DNA of 64,000 bases from a virus. Lineage: Duplodnaviria; Caudoviricetes. The position numbers and the translations under genes are program-made. A model generated the notes under the pieces. That model did not search any database. It saw only the letters and a program-made list of their open reading frames with translations, and was not told the DNA's origin. Positions 56,843 to 64,000 of the stretch are shown here, in pieces (position 1 is the stretch's first letter; every line of letters begins with the position of its first letter). Location of the stretch: the IMG/VR virus record IMGVR_UViG_3300029288_000060, positions 32,001 through 96,000 of that record, one strand, 5' to 3'.

Positions 56843-58924
56843 ATGATACAATGTCAAATATGTAAAAAAGAATTTGAAAAACCATCAAGTTTAGTTTCAC
56901 ATCTAAGTAATCCAAAAGGAAATTGTAAAATTTCAATAAAAGAATATTACGATAAATATTTAAGAAAAGAAAATGAGGGTATATGTCAGGTATGTAAAAA
57001 AGAAACATATTTTGCAGGAATAGTACAAGGTTATCCAACTACTGTTTGTAAATATTGCAAGAGCAAATTAGAAAAAACAAAATTATTAAAAAAGATAAAC
57101 AGCGGCAAAAAAAGAGAAATGTTAGATAAAGAAAAAGAAGTAAAAAAAATAAATGATGGTTACTATGATTTTCCTATTCAATGTGAATTATGTAAGGAAT
57201 CAAACTCAATTTACAAATGTAAAACATATAAAGCTTTATCAACACATTTAAGATTTATTCATCCACAAACAACAATAAAAGAATATTATGATAAGTATCT
57301 CAAAAAAGAAAATGAGGGTATATGTCCAATTACTGGAAAACAAACTAATTTTAAAAATTTAAGAGAGGGGTATTTTGTATATAAAAATAAAGGAACTTGT
57401 GTAAAAGATTCTATTATAATTAAAAAATCTAAAGATACAATTTTTAAAAATCATGGGGTAACTGCCCCAACATATGTAAATACAGAACAAAGAGTAAGAA
57501 ATTATAAAAATACAGTTAAAAAAAGAATTGACTTAAATAATGAAAGAATTAACTTAATTAGTTTACTAAGAAAATTAACTATTGATAAAACAAACAAAAA
57601 CCAATGTCAAATATGTGGAAGAATATTTAGAGATACAAATCAATTAGGCTTGCATATTAAGATTCATAACATCAAAATAAAAGAGTATTATGATATATTT
57701 TTCAAAAAAGAAAATGAAGGGTTATGCCCAATTTCAAATCTAGAGACCAATTTTGATTCTTTAGAAAGAGGATATTTTAAATATCATAAATTATTTATTA
57801 CTTATACTGATGAAATTAAAAATGGAAATAAAAAAAGAAGAATAGATTATATTCAAGAAAAGATAAAAATGTTTGAAAATATATTTGATGTTCAATTTAT
57901 TGATCTAAAAGATATCGAACATATTGGAGATTTAACAAGAATTAAATGTAATAAATGCGGAACTATTTACAAAAATAGATTTACAAATTTAATTTCTGGA
58001 TTTGGAAAATGTGAAAGATGCAATCCAAGAAACAATCATAGATCAAGTCATGAAAAAGAAATGTATGAAACTATAAAAACTTTTATGAAAGATGAAATTG
58101 TTTTAAATAATTGTAAGCAAATAATAAAGAATCCAAATACAGGAAACAATCTTGAATTAGACATATATATTCCAAGTAAAAAAATAGCAATTGAATTTAA
58201 CGGATTGTATTGGCATTCTGAATTGATTTTAAACGAAAAAGCTGAGCGATATCATTTTACTAAATGGAATGAATGTAAAAAAGAGGGAATACAACTTATT
58301 CAAATTTTTGAGGACGAGTGGTATGAAAAGAAAGATATAGTACTATCAATGATAAAACATAAATTAGGTTATAATTCAAACAAAGTTATTTACGCAAGAA
58401 AATGTATAATCAAAGAAATTACGTCAAATGAAAAAAATAATTTTTTAGATTCCAATCATATTCAAGGAAGAGATTTATCTAAAATAAAATTGGGCGCTTT
58501 TTATGATAATAAATTAGTTGCTGTTATGACTTTTGGTTTAGGAAATATTTCTAGGGGTGGCAATCCATATGATTTAGAAAAGTGGGAGTTGTCAAGATTT
58601 GTTACAAAAAAAGAATACCATGTAATTGGAATAGCAGGGAAATTATTAGAATATTTTAAGAAAAATTACCATTGGAAAGAAATTTATAGCTATGCTGATT
58701 TAAGAATTAGTAATGGTAATTTATACAAAAAATTAGGATTTAATCTTATAAAACAAAATCCGCCAAATTATTTTTATGTATGGCAAACTAAACGAATTCA
58801 TAGATTTAATTTAAGGAAAACATTATCAGAACCAGAAAATATTCCAGAATGGAGATTACGCCTAGATCAAGGATATTATAGAATCTGGGATTGTGGTAAC
58901 TTAAAATTTAGTTTAACAAAATAA
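56843..58924 (+). mobile_element. Hef-like homing endonuclease with three Zn-finger modules
   Basis: 3x KEYYD..(L/F).KENEG(I/L)C; ELDIYIP..KIAIEFNGLYWHS; YARKC, NHIQG, WELSRF, SYADLR, IWDCG. Confidence 0.8.
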
Positions 58925-58979
58925 ACAAAAAAATATTCATAGAGTTTGTTTATTCTAGGAATATTTTTTTGTTTTTTTA

Positions 58980-59438
58980 TTATTTTTTAAATTTTTTAAG
59001 GAATTTTTTAAAATTTCGTATTTCATTTTCTCTTTCTCTAAGATCTTGTATTACAGACTTCTCAAAAATTATATCTAACTTTTGTTTTTGTATAAAATTT
59101 ATTCCCTCCGTAGTATTTGAGGCTATAATAACAATTTTTAAGTCATTTATTAAGGTAATTTTATCTGTAAGTTTTAAATATCCATTACTACCTAAATTTA
59201 ACGATGTAATTAAATCATGAAAATATTGGTCTTTTGTTGGTATTAACTCAAAACCTTTCTGGTTATAACGCTTGTTAACTATCCATTTACATCTATTCCA
59301 TATTGTAGAGTTTTCTAAAACATATTTTGCAGACAATATCATCTTTTGTTTTGTTAATATATCAATTTCCTTTATAAGTTTAGATATTATTCTATTTTTC
59401 GTTTTTATTTCACTATCAATTTCTTTTATTTGATCCAT
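58980..59438 (-). CDS. hypothetical protein
   Basis: AAGGA RBS. Confidence 0.55.
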   Translation of the reverse strand: MDQIKEIDSEIKTKNRIISKLIKEIDILTKQKMILSAKYVLENSTIWNRCKWIVNKRYNQKGFELIPTKDQYFHDLITSLNLGSNGYLKLTDKITLINDLKIVIIASNTTEGINFIQKQKLDIIFEKSVIQDLRERENEIRNFKKFLKKFKK

Positions 59439-59456
59439 TGTTATTTTGTCCTTTTT

Positions 59457-59672
59457 TTATTTTAATATAAAACCTACTATTGAAAAAATTACCAATAAAC
59501 TCCAAAACCAAAATCCAAGATCAAATAACTTACATGTGTAAGTTCGACCTTCATACCAATCTTCTAAAGGTAGTTTACGTAATTCAGAGAACATATCTTC
59601 CCAAAAAACTATCCTTATAAGAGTTCTGTTAATTATCCATGTAGGTAAGGCTAAAAATTTTTTAATTAACAT
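59457..59672 (-). CDS. small membrane protein
   Basis: C-terminal TM helix. Confidence 0.55.
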   Translation of the reverse strand: MLIKKFLALPTWIINRTLIRIVFWEDMFSELRKLPLEDWYEGRTYTCKLFDLGFWFWSLLVIFSIVGFILK

Positions 59673-60202
59673 TTAATAGATCCCATAAATGAATTTGTAA
59701 AATTAGAACGATTATCTTTTAGAATACTCACAATTTTTGTTAATATACTTTTAACTTCCTTTTCAGGTTTATTTTCATTTAATAAAATTCTTTCTAGACT
59801 GGATAGGATTAGAAAAACTTTATCCCCGCTTATCATTTCTTTACCCAAACAGAATAGAAATTTTTGAAATATTGGATCAAGTGTTACTAAGTTTTCCTCT
59901 ATAATATTTTCATTCTTTCTGGGTTTAACATCTTTTCTCCAGCTGTTTAAATTAGAACAACAACCAGCTCCTATAAAAAGTTCCTCTTTATATCTTTCAC
60001 TTAAAGTACCTCTATTGCAAAGTTTACAAATATATCTTGTTCCAATCCATTCTAATTCTGGACATCCTTCAATTCCATCACCATATATTCTTCTGGATAC
60101 ATAACATGGAGTTGTTATACAACAATACCCGCACCCAACACACGGTTTAACTGATATACCGTCAATTATTGTTCTCTCATCTTTTTCATTTTTATGAATC
60201 AT
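59666..60202 (-). CDS. CxxCxxCC (YkgJ-like) metal-cluster protein
   Basis: CVGCGYCC...PC...CP.L...CKLC...GCC; start moved to ATG 60202. Confidence 0.65.
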   Translation of the reverse strand: MIHKNEKDERTIIDGISVKPCVGCGYCCITTPCYVSRRIYGDGIEGCPELEWIGTRYICKLCNRGTLSERYKEELFIGAGCCSNLNSWRKDVKPRKNENIIEENLVTLDPIFQKFLFCLGKEMISGDKVFLILSSLERILLNENKPEKEVKSILTKIVSILKDNRSNFTNSFMGSIKC

Positions 60203-60572
60203 ACCATGACTCCTCAATGAATTCAATTTGTTTAACATCAAATCCAAGACTATTTAATTCAAGAAGTATTTTTTCTTTAAATTCTCTTAGGGTTTCATCA
60301 TCTTTTAAATCAGATGCTTTTCCTCCTATATAAATTACATCATCCCATACTTTCCAATCTATAATAATATTTGTGGGCAAATAATCTAAGATTTCATAGA
60401 TATCTACAAAACTTTCAATCGATTCTGTACCATCATATTTAGTTTTATAGTTATCAAAGGCTTTTTTTATTACTTCCTTTTTATCTAATAAATCATTAAC
60501 ATCTAAAGTTATGCCCCATCCTACGAATGAGGTTGAACTTGAATTTGTTATAAAATCAGTCTTAATTTTCAT
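60192..60572 (-). CDS. MKxKxDFxTNSSS-motif family protein
   Basis: MKIKTDFITNSSSTSFVG. Confidence 0.75.
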   Translation of the reverse strand: MKIKTDFITNSSSTSFVGWGITLDVNDLLDKKEVIKKAFDNYKTKYDGTESIESFVDIYEILDYLPTNIIIDWKVWDDVIYIGGKASDLKDDETLREFKEKILLELNSLGFDVKQIEFIEESWYDS

Positions 60573-60916
60573 GGATTCTCCACAATTTCAAGCTTTATGT
60601 TTATAAAACCAAAATCTAATAACAAGTCTGGATATATATTTTGAAAAATTATGACGTATTTCATCCAATTTGGTATATCACTTAAAAAATTATACGCTGA
60701 AGTCCATTGTTCTATCGTAAAGAGATTTTTTCTTATATGGAATATTTTTATATTATTGTCTGCAAATTTATGAGTTTGATAATATTCTTTTTCAAATTTT
60801 TTTATAAAATTTTCCCAAGCTTCTTTAAATCTATCAAAGTCATCTGAAATAAATGTAATGTAAAGAATAAAAGATGCGCTTGATGAGTTTGTTACAAAGT
60901 CTGCCTTAAACTTCAT
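60569..60916 (-). CDS. MKxKxDFxTNSSS-motif family protein
   Basis: MKFKADFVTNSSSASFIL. Confidence 0.75.
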   Translation of the reverse strand: MKFKADFVTNSSSASFILYITFISDDFDRFKEAWENFIKKFEKEYYQTHKFADNNIKIFHIRKNLFTIEQWTSAYNFLSDIPNWMKYVIIFQNIYPDLLLDFGFINIKLEIVENP

Positions 60917-61146
60917 TTAATGCTCCTTCTAACTCTTCTGTTAAAAGTAATCCTATGTTTATACCACCATATCTTACATTCCCAACCTTTTTTCTGAAAT
61001 AACCAATAATCTTCATATGGACATTCCTCTACCCAACCATGAGCTTTTAATCTTTCTATTGTCATATATGCTATTTTTGCAAAATCGCTTAACTTATCAA
61101 ATCTTGCAATTGTTTTAGTTACATCTTCTTTAGGCATAACAAACAT
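60913..61146 (-). CDS. hypothetical protein
   Basis: GGAGGT RBS. Confidence 0.55.
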   Translation of the reverse strand: MFVMPKEDVTKTIARFDKLSDFAKIAYMTIERLKAHGWVEECPYEDYWLFQKKGWECKIWWYKHRITFNRRVRRSIK

Positions 61147-61178
61147 AATTAACCTCCGTTATTTTTTTAATTTTAATT

Positions 61179-61212
61179 ACCATGAGGGATATTTTTATAT
61201 ATCCCTCATGGT
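61179..61212 (-). terminator. hairpin / possible terminator or processing site
   Basis: ACCATGAGGGATAT/ATATCCCTCATGGT; no clear T-run on - strand. Confidence 0.5.
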
Positions 61213-61223
61213 TATAGTCAATT

Positions 61224-61835
61224 TTATTTAAAATCTTTATGTTTTAATTTAGTTATAACTCTTGCTCCACCTCTTGTTAAAAGAGGAACTTCAGGTATTA
61301 ATACTAAACCTTCAGCTAAAAAATCTCCCCATTTTGAAGTAAAACCATTTTTTACTAATTCCTCAGCTTCAAAAAGTGTTCCAGTTCCTACAATTGGAAC
61401 AACAGGAATATTAACTTTTTTAGCTATATCTTCTACATCCTTTCTTAATAACCACCAATCTCCAATTTTTATATCAAACAAAACAAAGTCTTGATGAGCA
61501 GAATAATTTCCTGATCCTTTTGTCATTCCAGCACCATAACCTTCTCCATAAAAGCATATATCAGATAATTCTGCATCTATAAATTTCGATGCTGGAAATA
61601 ATTCTATTAATTTATTTAGCAAGTTTGGAGAAATTATGGCGTTATCTGTTTTTCCACCAAATTCAACAATCCTATCATTCCACATTACTCGTATGTTTGC
61701 TCCATTGACCTTTTCTGTCCATAACCACTTATTATTGTATAAGTATTCAAATTCTGGTCTGGAAAAGTCACCTTTTATAATTTTTTTATTTTTATCTCTT
61801 TTATAAATTGTATGTATTTTGTGGTATTTTATCAT
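61224..61835 (-). CDS. ATP-dependent RNA ligase (Rnl2-like adenylyltransferase domain)
   Basis: Motif I TEKVNGAN, YGEGYG, FVLFDI, EGLVL, KLK. Confidence 0.85.
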   Translation of the reverse strand: MIKYHKIHTIYKRDKNKKIIKGDFSRPEFEYLYNNKWLWTEKVNGANIRVMWNDRIVEFGGKTDNAIISPNLLNKLIELFPASKFIDAELSDICFYGEGYGAGMTKGSGNYSAHQDFVLFDIKIGDWWLLRKDVEDIAKKVNIPVVPIVGTGTLFEAEELVKNGFTSKWGDFLAEGLVLIPEVPLLTRGGARVITKLKHKDFK

Positions 61836-62536
61836 TTGTTTTCTTTCCTTAAAACAGTAAATCCCCAGACTCGAGCTTTACCTATACCTTTTTTAACTTC
61901 AACGCCCCAATCATCAACCGATACTTTTACTAGGGTATTACCATTCGGCCAAATACCAAGCCCAAAGCTATTTTCACAATCTTTTCTCATATCACATTTC
62001 CAATCTTTATAATATCTTCCTTTTTTGTAGAAGATCGTTTTATTATAATTTCCACGACCATAAACATCGTGATTTCGGAAAGCATACAAGAATTCACCGT
62101 CAAATTTAAGATTATGTTTCTTAACATACTCTTTTATTTCTTTAATCTTTTGTTTTTTTGTTTTGGAAATATGAACAACATCATGTAATATGTTGTTAAC
62201 TTTATCTTCAAACTCTTTTATAAATTTTTTAGAGAGTTTTTGATGTTTACTAATATTATCCCAATTAACTTTACCTTTAAACTCCCTTATAAATTTTTGC
62301 GAGAGTTTTTGATATTTACTAATATTATCCCAATTAACTTTACCTTTAAACTCCCTTATAAATTTTTGCGAGAGTTTTTGATATTTACTAATGTAACTCC
62401 AATTAACCCTATTTTTAAACTCGCGTATGAAACCTTCAGAGAGTTTTTGATATTGACTAATGTAATTCCAGTGATGTTTATCCTCAAGTTGTAGCTGTTT
62501 CATTGGTTTTTCTTTATTATTGGTTGAATTTCTCAA
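61832..62536 (-). CDS. tryptophan-repeat family protein
   Basis: Four 23-aa repeats W..IS.YQKLS..FIREF..KV. Confidence 0.8.
   Translation of the reverse strand: MRNSTNNKEKPMKQLQLEDKHHWNYISQYQKLSEGFIREFKNRVNWSYISKYQKLSQKFIREFKGKVNWDNISKYQKLSQKFIREFKGKVNWDNISKHQKLSKKFIKEFEDKVNNILHDVVHISKTKKQKIKEIKEYVKKHNLKFDGEFLYAFRNHDVYGRGNYNKTIFYKKGRYYKDWKCDMRKDCENSFGLGIWPNGNTLVKVSVDDWGVEVKKGIGKARVWGFTVLRKENK
62200..62470 (-). repeat. 69-bp coding tandem repeat
   Basis: Near-identical units, e.g. TATCCCAATTAACTTTACC at 62257 and 62326. Confidence 0.85.
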
Positions 62537-62547
62537 TTTTTCACCTA

Positions 62548-63540
62548 TTATAATTCATATGGACAAGTCATTTGATTATTTTTTAATTTTTCTCTAAACA
62601 TTTGAAAAGCTTCACCATTCTGCCATATTCTTTTAATTGGATTTTCTTCATTAATCGGAGTTCCATACTCATATTTATTACCAAATGAACATGGCATAAA
62701 ACGCATATCCGGTGAAATATAACAACTCATTCTTGATCCTTCACAGGTATCAACAAAGAGTTTTTCTGTTTCATTTAATTCTCTTACTTGACTAACTTTA
62801 TTAATCATGCAAGAATCACAACCAATTTTGAAAATACTTTTTGGTTCAAGTAATTTATCTGAAAATTCTTTGATTTGATTTTTATTTAGGCATAAATACT
62901 TTTTGTCTGCTCCATTTCCTTGAGGTTTAAATAAAAGAAATACAACAGCATTTAGCTTTTCAATAGGAAATCTGCCATACCAAATATCTTCACCATTTAA
63001 AATTCTGATTGCATCACCGAATGTTTCATCTGAAATTACAAAATGAATATTAGTTTTAATTTCGGCATTTATAAACTTATTTAACGCCAAGTATGTATAA
63101 TCATTATTATAGTTCGATACAGCTACAGCACCTACCCATTTTTTTGTAATTTCAACTTCCTCATCAGTGAGTCCATTACCAGAAGTGGTATAATTTGGAG
63201 CCACATTATTTTTCCTGCAATATTCCATAATTTCATTAAAATTTTCATGTTTATTTGGATCCCCTTTGCCACCAAGAGCAACTTGATTGATATGATCTTT
63301 ACATTGATCAATAATCATTTTGAAGTTTTCCAACGTCATATTTGGTTCATTGATACTTCCTTGGTAACATATTTTACAATTATTAAAACAATGTCCCATA
63401 ACTCCAACATCAATCATACTTGGAGCATCAAGAATAAATGGATCAGGATTTCCGTTAATACCAGATAATACTTCAGCTCCAGTTATCCCATTAAACAAAA
63501 TTATATATTTTTCTGTTTCAATCTTTTTAGTAAATATCAT
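62548..63540 (-). CDS. radical SAM protein with SPASM/twitch-type C-terminus
   Basis: CFNNCKICY (CxxxCxxC), ALGGKGDP, YTTSG, GCDSC, CEGSRMSCYISPD...PCSF...CP. Confidence 0.88.
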   Translation of the reverse strand: MIFTKKIETEKYIILFNGITGAEVLSGINGNPDPFILDAPSMIDVGVMGHCFNNCKICYQGSINEPNMTLENFKMIIDQCKDHINQVALGGKGDPNKHENFNEIMEYCRKNNVAPNYTTSGNGLTDEEVEITKKWVGAVAVSNYNNDYTYLALNKFINAEIKTNIHFVISDETFGDAIRILNGEDIWYGRFPIEKLNAVVFLLFKPQGNGADKKYLCLNKNQIKEFSDKLLEPKSIFKIGCDSCMINKVSQVRELNETEKLFVDTCEGSRMSCYISPDMRFMPCSFGNKYEYGTPINEENPIKRIWQNGEAFQMFREKLKNNQMTCPYEL

Positions 63541-63842
63541 ATCTGACCTTTCTTATTTTCTTTTTTTATTTTCTTTTTGGTCGGTTCTTTTTCAATTTTC
63601 ATATTAATTTCAGGTAAATTAGCAATTGAAACATCATTACATGAAGTTTGTGTAAGTTCATTAATAAGCATTATAACAGCTTCAAAACCTCTTGTGAATG
63701 ATGAAGCAATACATTTCATTACTTTTTTATTTATGTCTTTTCTTTCTAAATCCCAGATGTTATATATCTCTCCATTTGGCATATTTACCCAGATTGATAT
63801 ATAACCATCTCTTTCTTTTAGAGTGATTTTTGGTTCATACAT
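63537..63842 (-). CDS. hypothetical protein
   Basis: AGGAG RBS. Confidence 0.55.
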   Translation of the reverse strand: MYEPKITLKERDGYISIWVNMPNGEIYNIWDLERKDINKKVMKCIASSFTRGFEAVIMLINELTQTSCNDVSIANLPEINMKIEKEPTKKKIKKENKKGQI

Positions 63843-63856
63843 TCTAAATCTCCTAA

Positions 63857-64000
63857 TTAATGTTCATTAATTCTAATATGTGGTAGTTTTTCGAATGTGC
63901 CTCCATGTTCCATTTCTCCCCAAAAACTGCCATCCTCATCAGCATAACGATAAAAATAAATAAACCCTTTATCATTTTTAACAATTAATTTTTTTAGCTC
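63857..64000 (-). CDS. partial CDS (3' end), probably another NSSS-family member
   Basis: ...YRYADEDGSFWGEMEHGGTFEKLPHIRINEH*; resembles FGDEDG of 897 and IIITENHS end of 42519. Confidence 0.5.
   Translation of the reverse strand, partial: ELKKLIVKNDKGFIYFYRYADEDGSFWGEMEHGGTFEKLPHIRINEH

Noticed and set aside
5087-63804. Short antisense or out-of-frame ORFs in the track (e.g. 5087, 6297, 8068, 12562, 39368, 48111, 51882, 55512, 62240, 63577)
   Set aside because: Shadows of longer genes, without RBS or recognisable motifs.
63874-63886. Sixth early promoter copy
   Set aside because: Multiple mismatches and lies inside a coding region.
1-64000. Stop-codon reassignment
   Set aside because: Genes are full length and densely packed under the standard code; TAA, TAG and TGA all end genes.

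Overview
AT-rich window from a large (jumbo-type) myophage genome, standard genetic code. The + strand carries late/structural genes: a ~20 kb block of tailspike-like and LamG-type fibre genes (4.6-25.1 kb), a GH19 endolysin lysis cassette, Cys-rich basic virion-type proteins, baseplate proteins and a T4-type tail sheath. The - strand carries small early/accessory genes: RtcB, an ATP-dependent RNA ligase, two metallophosphoesterases, two radical-SAM-type proteins, a deaminase and repeat proteins. Two strand-associated phage promoter motifs are visible: CTAYATATATTA before - strand operons and WGAACAAA-n-TAAA mainly before + strand operons. Hidden features not in the ORF track: (1) a ~300-nt structured ncRNA with two blocks of 7-nt AAGAYT repeats, its own promoter motif and terminator, directly behind a DIP1984-like gene; (2) an ORF-less group I intron in codon 8 of the tail sheath gene whose reading frame and P1/P10 pairing imply a terminal A instead of the near-universal G, flanked by free-standing homing endonucleases; (3) a 90-nt tRNA-like RNA with no canonical anticodon arm 7 nt behind rtcB; (4) a dispersed family of proteins sharing only an N-terminal MKxKxDFxTNSSS motif, clustered around a radical SAM/SPASM-type gene; (5) pseudoknotted leaders. 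All family assignments are from motif recognition by eye, not database searches.
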